This document shows positions 36,432-51,867 of a stretch of 64,000 bases of DNA, piece by piece. Under the pieces are notes generated by a model. That model had not been told where the DNA came from. It saw only the letters and a program-made list of their open reading frames with translations, and ran no database searches. Made by a program: the position numbers and the translations under genes. The number at the start of each line of letters is the position of its first letter. Position 1 is the first letter of the stretch. The DNA is from Penicillus capitatus. Its lineage: Eukaryota > Plantae > Chlorophyta. The stretch spans positions 124,001 through 188,000 of the forward strand of contig OZ287696.1 of assembly GCA_965649825.1 (NCBI GenBank). Reading direction: 5' to 3'.

Positions 36432-37482
36432 GCCGATGTTATCGCCGAGACGAGGATTGATGAGCACCATTTGGTTGCCATCCTTCTCGATCTTCTCGAC
36501 CCAACCCTGAAAACGTCACATCGTCTCACTTATTTGCGCACACGAGACTGGCCATTTCTTTGAGATCCGCCACAACGGCGCGCATCACGATGTTCTTTGG
36601 AGCTATGCGTAAATGTTAAAAGCAAAGGTCGTCGACTTCGGATGCCCGAGCCTCGTCGAACTGCACAAATCCCTTCGTGTCACCCCTAGTCCATTACTTC
36701 CATGATCCTTCTCACGGTTACAAGTGAGAGCGGCGATCCCTGAGATCTTCCATGTGGGCCAAGGACGGCGAGAAGACGTGTGGGTACTTGGAAAACGCTT
36801 TCGCCCATGGACTGCTGTACGCAGACCTTGACAGTGGCGCTATCCTTCGTCAGCGAACGGGCCACTGTCCACACCATCTCTAGCAACGTCCCCACTCGAT
36901 AGACATCCATTTCGGAATTCGTCTCCTGAATCTTCAGACTGTACTTATAGAGACACTGTTACTCCGATCTCCTCAGGGAGTCGTCTACTGAAAGGATAGT
37001 CGCGATGGGCTGTCGGCTGAAGCGGCAAGGACACCGCGTGTATGTGTCTCTAGGAATGGCATGAAAAGGCATCGATCCCTCTACACGGTGAAGACACTTA
37101 AGAACCATTCAAGGTCCCCTTCCCTCGACTGAAGTAGGGAATCGTTTCTGCCTTCATGACAATGACAGATTTGGGATCGAAATGAACAAAGCGAGGATGT
37201 ATCCGTCGAGGTTGCAGATAGATGATTCGACAGTCCTGTAGCGAGTGCCAATCATAGCTACGATCTCGAGAAGTTTGGCGTTTGGCAGGCACCGAGTGCT
37301 TTCCCCGCTGTTCGCTCTTGAGAGTGGATCACGTCTCGTTTGTCAAAACCTTGTCGTTCTATATCACATTGACAATCAGAAGAACCAGTGGCTGACGCAC
37401 GCATACGAGGTAATGGTGAGTTGCTGAATAAAGGCCTCACAGCTTTTGCTGCTCCCGCAATCTTCCTGGAAGTCAAGTGCAT
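36432..37482 (-). pseudogene. DUF1995 gene, second copy, 3'-truncated
   Basis: MDVYRVGTLLEMV...VKVCVQQSMGE; TAG at 36686 (MEVMD*) where family members have Trp; cut at the LINE junction. Confidence 0.65.
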
Positions 37483-38762
37483 CGTCGATCGACGCTGTGA
37501 CTGCTCTTCCTCGTTTCCGTGCCTGCTCGAGAGACAGGGTCACTCATTGGATAGCTGCGTGAATTCCGGCTAGTCAGCATCGCAGTCACTCTGTTCGCCG
37601 CTGCTCAGGTAACTTCGAGGCGAATCTGGCAGCGCAGCTATGCAGTATCCGAGCAGAAGTCTGAGAAGGGAGTGAATGCTCCTGGCCCTTTCGAAGGCAG
37701 GCAGAAGTGGAGAACCCCTTCCCATTCTTCGTGCGAGCGCCATTCGCTTGCCGCTGTCTACATCGATTCCAGTTTTTCTGTCCACCAAACTTCGCCAAAA
37801 TCCGAGCCCAAGTGCCAGACACGAGACGCACTCTCGGCGGCACGCAGATCGAGGCGAACATGACTTGGAAGCGCGACCGTCTTGCGTCGCTGATTCGGAG
37901 TCCAACGACGCGGAAGGACGCGTGTTTCGTGGCGTCTGGGAGGAAGCCGAAGACGGCACGCGTCTGCTGCACAGGTGCTGTTCTGTCCAGTCCTCGACGT
38001 ATCAGCGACCTTCCAGCGAAGCCCCTTAACCGTTATCCCAATAGCCAATCACCGACCCGAGCCTCTGTCCCTGGGCAACTATTTCGAATGCGGTCTTCGA
38101 GATGGGCGCCTCGTCGCGAGGACGCAGAAAAACTCGAAGGCATCGGGTTGGCGAGGCAAATGCGGATCGCCTAGGCGCGAACGGCGCACCACCCCCTTCC
38201 GACAACCGTTCAACCGAACCGTCAGAAACCATCGCCTTGGAGAAACCGCGTGCGGAGACTGTGGCGTTGGAGTGTCTGGTCGGTCAATTGTTCTCCGAGC
38301 GAGACAGCACTAAGCGTCAAAACACGTCAGGCAGTTCCCGCTGCGACCGCCTCGTCTGGTTTTCGGCGTCGTCCCCGGCGACCAGAGACGCTCAGAGAGA
38401 TGGAGGTTAGAAGGAGACGTGCGATGCCTGACGCTCATCACATGGCTTTGGCTCAAGTCTGTGCAGCATTTTAGGCGACGGGTGAGCTTCATGCAGCCGA
38501 CCGACGGCGCTTGCTGATCGCTTGCCTAGACAGGGCCAGGCGGTTGCGAGTTCAGCTCTGAAGTTCCATGCGTGGCGCTTCGCGTAAGAGACGCCTGCAC
38601 CTGAGAGCCGCTGTTGGTGTACCGATTTGGATTCTGGTATAACCTTCGCGTGCTATTCTGGCGGCAAAGGCACTATATAAACGAAGCCATTCTGTTCCTC
38701 GGCACCCATTCTGCCTCTTACTTCTTTCAGCGATCTTCACTTGCAGCAAGAACATTATCAAC

Positions 38763-39259
38763 ATGGCCCGCGGAACCTCCTTCGACGCTATCCTGTCCCT
38801 TGGATTGGCTCTGCTTCTCTTCGTGGCGATGACATGTACAAGTCCTCAGTTATCGCAAACCTGTCTAAACGTTTGACTGTGGACAGCGGCTCGTAATGTC
38901 CTGCAAATTCCTCCGGCTTCTCCTGTGCCCGAGGAAGTGGAAGAACCGGAGGTGGAAGAAGAAGGAGAAAGTAGGTTCCAGACTCCTTTGTAGCATGTGA
39001 CGAGTGTGGATGTTCTGCAGTGTGTTTGGCGTTTACGGACTGTTCTCAATATTTCGGTTTCCTGGGAATGTCAGGCTGCGCGTTAGGAACAGGCGTTTCA
39101 TGCAGACTTCTTATGGGAGATGCAATCGAAGAAACACTTGAACGTGTTCTCGGAGATGAGTGTGAGATCGGAATCGTGCCTTACTGCTACACGGTAGCCA
39201 CAAATGGCACCGAAATTCCGGAACCTAAGTGCTGTAAGCCATCCAACACTTCTGACTGA
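38763..39259 (+). CDS. Small secreted 8-Cys protein, copy 2 (131 aa; exons 38763-38835, 38887-38970, 39021-39259)
   Basis: Same signal exon as copy 1. Exon 2 reads SARNVLQIPPASPVPEEVEEPEVEEEGEM; exon 3 is identical to copy 1 except GMSGCALGTG. Confidence 0.78.
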
Positions 39260-40834
39260 ACTCTGTTGACGAGAGCTGTTGTATAGGCTAAAAACTGATT
39301 CTGCTACTTCTTGAGGAGCTACACTTCCAGACTGAGGATACTCAGTGCTCGATTCCTTTCTATCAGTGATTATTAAGAATTCTAACGTTCTTCAGTTACT
39401 GCTTTTTTCGTTTCTCGTCCCACGTCTGGATTTTGATTGATTGGTTTGGGGGACTGCCTTGACTTCACTTACTCTGTCTCCGAGGCAGAGAAACGCGCTT
39501 CTTAAGGCGTTAGCTGAGACTGTGAAAAGATACTCGTGTAACGTGACAAAGTTATTCGTGAAACCAAAGGCAGTCGTCGCGCGACAGAGCGACTTGCGAA
39601 CGAAGGTCGGTCGCGACCGAGAGAAACTCCATCCGCGCCGCGTTTGTGCCTTGTTTGCCTAAGAGGTCTGCCTCGAATGCCTCGTTCCGTCCACTCTCTG
39701 ATGTAATTTCTTCTTGGTGAACCTGCCTCGGTGAAAGCACCTTCCTGTTCGCGTGCCCGCAGGATTCGGCAGAATTCGTCACGAAGCAGCTGGCGTCAAG
39801 GGTATTCAGACGACGCATCTCGTCTGGGTCGCTGTGCATTCGACAACGCTCGCCAGTCAAAGCACAAGGCAGAACGAGGCACTCCTCTGAGGCATCGTCG
39901 GAGATGCGACGGACCATGCATCGTCCCCTGCTGTCATGGAGAGGCACCATTCACCTCTCCGTCGCAGAGTTGGCCGACGGGTTGCTCTCTGCCACTCGCG
40001 TCGCCCCGCCGGCATCGCATCCGCCAAGTGGTTCGACTCTTCGGCTCGAAATGAACGACGCCGACTGACGTAACCATTCGCAAACGCAATCGCTCACTTA
40101 GCAATCGCTTCACTGACTTTTCGTTTCGCCGACTATACCTGTTGTCGTCAGCGTCGATGAGACACGTTCGTCCAGTGTCGCTGCGTTTCCTTTCCTCCAG
40201 ACCACAGCCAGAGAGAAGACGACTGCACTGCTCTCGCCCATGTCGCCCCTCGCGCATCTTCTCCATCCACTCTCCGCTACGAGCGTTCTCCCTTCCACGC
40301 CGAAAACAGGTCTTGGCGCTCGGTTACAGTCCGGACGTCGAATTCGACCCGATTGAAGAAACAGAATTCTCCCCCGCCTACACAGAATCCCTGTCCTATG
40401 CCTTCGTCAGCGCTTTCCCGGCCCTCTTGTGGAGCAGCGCATGACTGTGGCACGAATCTATGACCAACGCGCAACCGCTGCACTGTTCGCGTTGCAAGAC
40501 AGACAGCTCATTCTTAAAACGAGTGGTCAACGTTCGCATACGTGTTACATACAGGTACCACAGTTAGGTATGTAAAATCCTCGTCTTCCTCATCATCTCC
40601 TCAGCAAGAGCAGATCCGAGCTTAGCGTTTTGTTCTGGATGGATGGTCTTCGACGTCCTTTCGTGCCACTGGTGTTCTCGTGGCATTTCTGCTGGCGGTT
40701 ACGATGATTTCGAACACTCCGGTGTCAATCTCACACATGTGAGAGGGCTGTATTGATTCAGAACGATGTGCGTCACGCGGATTTTCGTGTTCTTAAGAAC
40801 CGTTTTCACAGAGAAAGATCCGCGCGTCTTTTCT

Positions 40835-43800
40835 TCAATTGTGCGTAGGGACGATGTACTGGTCGATCACCATTTTTGTTCGTTCTTCGAGTAATCCGGT
40901 CAGTTCGGACGCGTGAAAGACGTGTTCTTCTTCGAATACCTCGCATCTTCGGGACAGAACGAGATGGAAGAGGTCCTCCATATCTTGAACTTCTCTGACG
41001 TGAGTAGCAGCTCGGCGCAATACCATCTGGACCTTCACAAGACGACGGAAGAGATCGGACTTCGTACGGATGTTGACAAGAAGCTTCTTGACGATGAGCG
41101 GCGCCGAGATCTGACATACGGCCACGGACGGCATGCCATCTCGTGTTCCTTTCATGAAGGACGCCACCAGTCCCAACAGAGAAGTCGAGAGAGCCTAGAT
41201 CGCCATCCTGAGTCTTAAGTCACTGAATGCGTTCTCTGCGGACCTCTCTCTTGAACTCGAGCCGAATGGTGAAATAGCCGTTCCGCGGTGTGTGGATGGA
41301 AGCAGCTGCAGCAATGTCTTCGCGGCAGGCCAGCAGCTCATTCACGAACTTCTGCACAGACCAGTGGGATGAATGAGCCTTCAGGAATCGCCAAAGGACA
41401 GTCGCCCACCTCTATGGTATCTGTCATGTGCGGAATCTCTTGTTCGCTGAACGGCGCGATCGTACCTTCCGTTTCGTCCGTTCCTTTTCCCACGACGAAC
41501 TCGAGCCTGTGCTTCTCGGGTTGCAGCGGAAGGTAAAGCTTATCGAAGAAGAACTCCTTGGTTAACTGCCCGCACCACACACTCCTGCGGAAGTTGTCGG
41601 CAGATTCGGGGTTCTTACGATCTCATTGACGCCTTCCGTATAGGCCGCGAGGCCCTGACGGATGAATGAAGATTCGAGCTCCACGTCAGAAGCGATGCGA
41701 TTCGCATCCTGTGTCCCGGCTTCGGACAAGCCGAGCCGTCCACTGTCGTGCACTGAAATGCCGTTCCCTGCTGCCGTTTGCAAAAAGGAGTGGCAGCCGC
41801 CGAGAACGCGGCAGTACTGTTCCCACCGTTTCAGATCTCCTTGAGACGCGTCGCCGCAAAATGACAACGCAACCTACCGACCACACATCTTGACATGCAC
41901 TGGACAACATGACGGCCTCGCACATCTTCGCCATCCACGCACAGTTGAAGCATAGGCAAGTAGCTCTGCGCCATTTTGAGCGATGCAAACGTTATCTCCG
42001 AGAAGAGTGAGAACATAAGATTCCGCAGATGCTGAAGGAGTTCTGGATTCGAACGCAGTGGACCTTCTGCCTCCTTGATCCACGACATCGCTGCCTCTCT
42101 GCAGGCAGCGCCTTCCGTGTCAGTCACATCACGAAACAGCATTCACCTGTCTCGATGGGAGGATGAGACATCACGGCATGTGGCCTCTAGGTTGGATAGC
42201 GTGACATCGACCATGGTCACTGCGGGTCCTTCCGGATCATCCAGTCGATGAAAACCCTGTCTCTTCAGCGCCTCCCATTCCTCCAGCCAGAATCGTCCTT
42301 CCTGCAAACTTAACTGTCATTGATCTGCGAGAAAGCAACGAGGTAACCGTATATAGCTGCCGTCTTTCTTGCTCGGAGCGATGATTGAAGCCTCTCAGAG
42401 CATGGTGCAGCCAATGTGTGAGACGTTCAGCTCTCAGGTGCCGTGCATACAATGGAATGAGACGATACTCTTTCTTTTCCAACACTAGTGCCAGTGCACA
42501 CTCCAACACTTCGTCCAATGTCGCCAGTTCTCTAAATGCCATGGTCGTGACAATCGATTGATCAAGAGGATGGGAGGAGATACGAGGGCGCCATGTCTCG
42601 TTTGCTGAGATGCCCACAATTTACGAGGAAGACAAGAAGATTGGCGATCGTCGTGAGCCACATCTGTTGGTACTTGGCAACGTTCGAGTGAGATCTCTGA
42701 ATCTCCTGGACGAGGGAGTGTATGGGAGTCCTCAGTTTGGTGAGCACGTGCGCCTGTGTTCTCAGAATGAGAGACATCTGCACGTTCCTGAAAAATTCTT
42801 GAAAGGGATGTCGCATCTGATGGGCTGCGGAAGCTGCCAAGAAGGTCTGTTCAAGATCCGTATCATCGGATCCCGAGAACGGATCCTGTCCTTCAAGGAC
42901 CTCTGCCCCCTGTCGATAGATCTGCTGATGCTCTCTCGACGTCAGTGCACTCTCCAACTGCATCAAATCCTGCATAACGGTTAAAAAACGTACATGATTG
43001 AAAAGTGCCACTTGAGTGAGATGATCATCGTGATGCAGTCCTTGATGGAGTAGCTGTCGCAAACGGCCATGAATTCCAACAAAGATACTGGAATGCCAGC
43101 TGGAAGGACACGACAGATTCTCCTTTCTCTTTCTTCCACTCATCAAACAGTAAAACGCATGTTCATTTCTCTTCCCTACAGAACAGTCATCACGTGTAAG
43201 ATGTGACAGGTGACGAGATTTCGAAGACCATTACGAGCAGCTGTGTCTGCTCTGACAGCACAGATCCAGTTCTGTAGTACGGCTCGGGTACTGCTGCCAA
43301 AGTGTTTTTCATTGCTTTCTGCCACATCCATCCATGTCTCAATCGGTAAGCCATTGTCGTTGCGTTGTCTTTTAGTAGATGATCGTACGCCTCTCTCATC
43401 CATTCGGGACGATCGGACATCTGCTGGTGGATCTCCCAGACAGTGACGATAGAAATCCCGTCCTTCGAGGAATGAGAGATTTAGGGGAGGGACAAAACTC
43501 GAATATAGTGGCGCTGCGTAGTGGCTGACGCGAGAAGAAATGAACAGATCTCCCGCCGCTGATCCCAGTCCTATCTCACACATTGCGCTTCAGTCTCACT
43601 CATTTGGAGCTAGATGCCATCCCTTACCTGCAGCGGCGTACTTAAGGCACCGTTCGAACATCGGTTCGTGATCAGGTATCCCAAAGTTGTCTCCTTGTAC
43701 GAACGAACCCGTCACATCTATCACAGAATCGTGAGAACTGACGGGCCGCGGAGGACGGCCCTCTTCTTCGATATACAGATCCTTCCTGAGCTCCAATTGC

Positions 43801-44192
43801 AGCCAGCTCATCGCCCGGATCAGATGTTCAGCCTCAGGCGACGGTGGCAGCCAGGGTGTCAAACTGGACGATGGGCCTGACGTTTCTGTGGCCGTTGCAT
43901 CGCGTCGTCCGAACGGCGAGAAAGTAACATCGAACAATGCCTCCACCAGGAGCCAAGTCGACGTCGTTTCCAACTGCAGAGCTTCGAGGACACCGTCACG
44001 GTCGTGTCTATTCAGCGACGGTGTAGATCTCGTCGTCGCGCGATGTTGTGAAGTGCTCGGGGCAACCACACTGAACGCCTGAGTGGCGAAATGGGCTGCT
44101 GGAGGGATAATGGCGTCACGGAGGGAGAGTCCATTGAGAAAGTGTTGCCGCAGTGCGTCGGTAAAGAGCAACGTTGACGGTACGTCCTCCAT
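40835..44192 (-). CDS. NUP107: Nuclear pore complex protein Nup107/Nup84, multi-exon
   Basis: TWLLVEALF, AMSWLQ, LALVLEKKEYRLIPLYARHL and the long helical solenoid layout recall Nup84/107. ATG at 44192, TGA at 40835. Confidence 0.72.
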
Positions 44193-44316
44193 GGCACAAG
44201 GCGAACAGGCGTTCTGAGATGGAACGAAATTCAACTGTTCCGCTAGTCGATGACTGCTTGAACGTGATTCGCGACAGAAAACGAACAAACAAACAAACAA
44301 ACTGTACGAACGAACC

Positions 44317-45461
44317 ATGCAGGAGCGACGGCTAAAGGAGCGCATGGCCACGGCAATGTCCGGGGCACTGTCGGGAGGATTGGTCAGCATCTGTGTGCAG
44401 GTAAGGAGTCACTTCACTCATTGAGTGATCCCTGACGGTATGTAGCCTCTAGACGTGATTCGAACACGGATGCAAGGGGATGGAGCCAAGGGACAGATTC
44501 GGTGCGAAACGCTCAGTGCTTTGACGTAAGAAGCAATGAGAGAGTGGTGTAGAGGGGCTTGGCCGACAATTCAGCGGATCTATGGCGAGAATGGAGCCGT
44601 GGGGTTTTGGAGAGGGACAGGACCAACTGTGCTGCGAATGACGGTGGGGGTGGGATTGCATTTTACCTGCCTCGAAGTGCTCAAGACGCTTTTACATGCC
44701 ACACAGAAGAACAAGAGCGATTGGCTGAAAGATGCCACGATTGGCGGTCGCTTCTCGCTGACTTCTGTATCACAAATGATGTGACGTGATAGGACTGTCC
44801 AGAGGCGCAGTGACGATCATCCTCTGCCCAGTCACGGTGATAAAGACTCGAATGGAGTACGTCGATCCGTCATACACGTCAACTTTGCATGCCGCTCTGA
44901 CAATCGCCAAGAAGGAAGGGATGAGGGGACTCTTCAAGTGAGTGGCGTGTCTCTATGTTTGTGTGAGAAAGTGTGGCAGAGGTGTGGTGCCCACCTTCGC
45001 TGCCAATGCCCCTTTCTCAGCACTACATTACATGGTCTATCGTAAGATGCAGTCGATCATGCACCGAGAGGGTGATGTGACGACCACCTTCGGTAACTTC
45101 GTGTGCTCTGGTGTTGCTGCAGCGACAGCCACGCTGATCACTCAACCTGCCGATGTGGTCTGCCCATCTCTGTCACATGTCCCCTGCTGTCACATCGAAT
45201 GCAGGTCCGGACTCGGATCCAGCTCGGAATGGGAACGGCCGGTGCACTCTCCTCGATCGCGACGCTCAGACAAGTGTTGGTCACCCAAGGCGTCTTGGGC
45301 ATCACAATGGGTCCACATCGCTACCGTTTCTCTGCTGCTTCTGATGCAAGGGCGTGAGATTAGGTGTGGCACCGAGGATGATGAAGCGGATATTGCAGAC
45401 AGCATTGATATGGACATTGTACGAAGAAATCGCACCAAGGATGCGCCGAAGCATGGAGTGA
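44317..45461 (+). CDS. SLC25A38: Mitochondrial carrier, SLC25A38/Hem25-like (glycine carrier), multi-exon
   Basis: Three carrier signatures (PLDVIRTRMQ, PVTVIKTRME, PADVVRTRIQ), plus FWRGTGPTVLRMTVGVGLHF, APFSALHYMVY and RILQTALIWTLYE. Confidence 0.8.
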
Positions 45462-45489
45462 TGAGTCCCAGTTCACAACGACATCGCAT

Positions 45490-46563
45490 TCAGAACGAAG
45501 CAACGGTATTTCGATCGTGTTCCCATGCTAGATGTGCGGCCATGGTGAGAAGAGATCTTGCATCTCGGTCTTCTTCGGCTTCTCTTGGAAACGACACTCG
45601 CAGAACATTGTTCTTTGAATGGATCGTGTCATAAGAGATGTAGAATCCCAGGCAATCGATCCAGGATAGCTGAGCATATGTCATCTGTCATACGGCTCTG
45701 TCTCAGACCTGCATCTTCGTGGTTAGGTCTTACCTCGATGAGAGGAATGCCTGTCTGTTGCTTGCAGATGCGATAGATATCTTCCATTCTTTCTCTAAAA
45801 GAGTGCGATTCCGGATGACAGGGAGGTCGACAAGAGTGAGATCAGTACGTGTTCCATTGATGAATGATCTCTGGTGCTTCGAGGCGGAGGGGATCGGGCG
45901 AACTCTGCATGAAATCTGTGCCGCTGACCTCTTCTGCTCGTTTTCCGTCTAATCCACCCACATAGAACACCTATTCAACGCATTTCTCACACTTTCTCAC
46001 TCCTTTTGATGTGACTTTATTGATGCAGAGCCGTCCAAATTGATCTTCATCTCGAAGACGGTCAATACCACGTGCCTCTGGATGGAATTCATCGTAATGT
46101 CCGCGAGCACGATCCAATTCCTTTTCCCCCACAAACTCCACAGATCCTGACATCACACATTCTCACTTTTCTCTCAGCTTCCCATCTCACACCCAACAAT
46201 GTCACTCGTGCCAGTCTCCTTGCTGGCTCTTGTGGGGCTTGAACAAACAGGCTGCACTTAGGGCATCTCTCCAGATTCCGCTTGTGCACGGCATCAGCCC
46301 TCAGTCGCATCAACGGCATTCCCTGGGTACCACCACTTCACAAAATCTTGCCTCCTTATGTTAAGCCATTTTCTTACTTCTGAGTCAAGGACGTAGGCGA
46401 CATAGGTGCCAAGGGGAGTGCCGTCTTGTGTTAGGGTCGAAAGTGTTCCATGGTGGACAGTACTGACAACGGTCTTGGCCGTTTCACCGATAGAAGGCGT
46501 AGCGAACTTACGCACACGAGTGCATGGTCTAGCGTGTGTCGGCAGCACTGTCAACGCACGCAT
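45490..46563 (-). CDS. Glutamyl-tRNA reductase-binding protein (GluTRBP/PGR7)-like; split-barrel plus DUF2470
   Basis: Transit-peptide-like start at ATG 46563; GTLSTLTQDGTPLGTYVAYVLD; HKRNLERCPKCSLFV; C-terminal WIDCLGF...LRVSFPRE...ARSLLTMAAHLAWEHDR. Confidence 0.7.
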
Positions 46564-46625
46564 CTCCGCTGGAGTGTCGTACAACGCCTCACTCGTCGAT
46601 CTTGATCTTCTACTTCTGTCCGGAG

Positions 46626-49159
<2,534 letters not shown>

Positions 49160-49343
49160 TGCCACGGAGATCGTGGAATGGTGGGAAGAGAATTTCGCCG
49201 TCCGTATTTTTCCGTTCCTCTTATGCAACGCCTACGGTTTTCTGTCGTCGCCGTTTTCTTTAGAAAACGGAGAGCGTGGTTGCGTATGGGAGGGAACATT
49301 CAATTGGATCATTGCCAGAAACACTCTGGTGTAAATCATTGTT

Positions 49344-51452
49344 TCAGGGGAAACTCCCATTTTCAATGTGAGAGATCAGCATCGAGACAGAAGCTGTCAG
49401 CAACGGACAGCGATTGGCATCTTGGATGACGATCACCCGGATGTCTCCCGGGACACGCGAACCTTCGTCCGTGCACTCCACCCGAACAGTAGAACGATAC
49501 ACCGGACCTGAGATGAGCCAGGGAAGCTTCAGATGTTTCTTTTCCAGGCAATAGAGTGCCGCATCAGCCGATAGACAGAGGGCCACGTTTTGCAAAACGG
49601 CGGCCTCTTTCTGATTTGTGAGCTCAAATTGCAGCCGGAACCTTCAACAGATCATGTCAACGGTGGCAGTTAGATGGTGCGTTAGGGGAGACATGGGGCC
49701 CAGGCCCTGGATCTCGGCATGGAGCTGCAGTTGGTGCTCCCTGTTCTCAGCAAATGGCCCTTCGCCATCCTTCAACAGCTTCGTGTAGGTTTTGATCGTT
49801 TCCAACCGAAGAGAGTGAAGCTGCTGCTGAAGAGAGAGATGCTGATCGCAGCGTGTATCGTGTTGGATCGTGTGGGAACGCTGTTCGATCTCTGACAGTC
49901 GATCTTTGTCCGAGGCTTCCGTGAAGTGTATGCCCTCCACAGCAAAGTGCCTGTTTAGAATCTAGGAATGCTCACTCTTTTGAGTTGAGACTAAAAAGAG
50001 TGAGAAAAGCGACTTTGATGTCGATGGCGCCGTTCTTGAAGACCGTTGCCAGGACACAGTCTTCTGTACCGTATCGTCCAAAGGCCACGCCAGAGATGCA
50101 CGATGGCATGCAGAAACGGTAAAGGAGGCGATGTTCGTGGTAGATAGACATCTGGCCATTCCGCAGCGCCACTGAAGAAACGTCACATCATCTCACACAC
50201 GACAGGGCCTACCTAGCAAACAATTTACTGCTGCAGCCGGTATGTACATGGAGACAAGCGAGTGCACGGCACTCTCCATCTCCACAGAACCATTCTTTCG
50301 ACCATCTGGCCCATAGCAATGTATCGTATGAGGAAGACATGCAACCCAGAGCTTTGTCCCCACCATCACCATATCACAGCAAGGCGTCAACAACTGCTGG
50401 ATGGTTGTGGGATGTGAATGACTGTCTACACAGCAGTCACATCAAGTCACAGCAAACGATGTGACGGTTTGCCTCTGAGACACTGGATCAGACCGTCTCT
50501 GGTGCACGAGATGACGGATTGTGGTTGACAGGAGCAGAGATGAGCAAGGGGCTTTCCGATGAGGACTCGGAAAGACTCTTTGGTTCCGGTGGAATCCATC
50601 CACACCACAAAACCCAATTCTGTCCCTGCAGAGATAGCTCCATAGCAAAATGCGCCCCTCTCAAGAACGCACAGACCCAAAACGAGCTGGCCTTGTAAAC
50701 TGGTCTCGCTGTGGAGGACAGCGAGACATGTGATGACATCCCGACGGCAGAAATTCTGGATGTCGGTACGAAAGTTGGCCAAATGCTCTTCGAGCACAGC
50801 CAGTTGGTGTGACCGCTCCTTCTGGATCAGCACCTCGCGCGAAGCGGATGTCAACGGCCGATCTGCTTGACGGATCTCCTGCAGTCTCGTTATCCCTTGC
50901 TCGACGGCAAGACCCCCTGTACATTACACAGATGCCGCATATATGATGACCAAAGCTCCCATCTATGCCTTGTTTCATGCTCGACCAGATCTCTGCCTCT
51001 TCGTCATTAAAAGGCTCCTCCTGATGCACTGGCCCTTGCAACTCAAATCGATAGTGTGGCTGCATCTCTACAATGTAGGAAAGGTCATCTGCATATCCTG
51101 CCCCGCCTTTCTTGCCTTTGAAGTAATACAACAACTCGCCACCCGCGACAGCGATGATGCCCTGCCCGAGATCGGCCAATGCTGTGCTGTTGGATCGAAC
51201 AACGATTTCCCTTTCCATTTCCGTTCCGCTGAAGATTCTGAGTGCCCTCGTGACGGTCTGCGTGCCCCCTCCTTGCGAAGCAGAGCCTGCTTTTGCACCT
51301 CTATGCGTGTGAAGGGCGATGCATCTGTTTTGACGGTCATTCATGGGATCGGCCATCAGCAGATGATGTTTATTGTTAAGAAGGCACAGGTCACAGAACG
51401 TATCACGGAACACATCGATCCATACGGTTTGCTGCTTGACGAGCGCTTCCAT
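49344..51452 (-). CDS. BBS1: Bardet-Biedl syndrome 1 protein (BBSome subunit), multi-exon
   Basis: N-terminal WIDVFRD...LLMAD, LLYYFK..QPHYRFEL..EEAEIW, YRFCMPSCISGVAFGRYGTEDCVLATVFKNGAIDIKV, C-terminal LISGPVYR...PLLTASVSM. Confidence 0.85.
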
Positions 51453-51867
51453 ATCTGACCAGTCAACGGGTCAAAACATGCAAAGCCACTCATTGGTTGA
51501 ATATCAGCCATAATGAATTTGTTAATGACGCTATCTGAAAGACAAATGTCAACAACAAGACTCAGTATCCCAGAATAGCCTGTCTAAACTCTTCGTAATC
51601 AATCATTCCGTTGCCGTCGCGATCCACCTCATCTGCAAGGCACGGGTGAAGGGGAGAAAGAACAAAGGGTAGTGGTGGTGGTCTTACCTAACACCTTTTC
51701 CAGATTCTCGACCACGCCGTAGCCCTTCAGGGCCTCTTTTAGCTCATCTCGTGTGATAAAGCCGGAGCCGTCGGTGTCGAAATGCTCGAAAGCTTGAATC
51801 AGATTCTCTTCTTTGGCGACGTTGGCGGCCGAAAGCGTCGCCGCCAGAAATTCGCTGTAGCTCACGG
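51161..51867 (+). repeat. 707-bp direct duplication, copy 1 (BBS1 5' end, intergenic DNA, CDPK 3' end)
   Basis: Matches 55295-56001 with only about four substitutions. Confidence 0.95.
51562..51867 (-). pseudogene. Orphan CDPK C-terminal EF-hand fragment
   Basis: [10 protein letters not shown]...[18 protein letters not shown]...[16 protein letters not shown], with no upstream kinase domain at this position. Confidence 0.9.

Larger units (their letters stand above)
36432..40574 (+). repeat. Direct segmental duplication, copy 2 (partner 22862-27613)
   Basis: Begins just after the LINE 3' end and ends where the block downstream of NUP107 starts. Confidence 0.95.

Noticed and set aside
44317-46563. 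Heme/ALA biosynthetic gene cluster (glycine carrier next to GluTRBP)
   Set aside because: Green algae make ALA by the plastid C5 route, so the carrier need not be heme-related. Adjacency of two genes is weak evidence.
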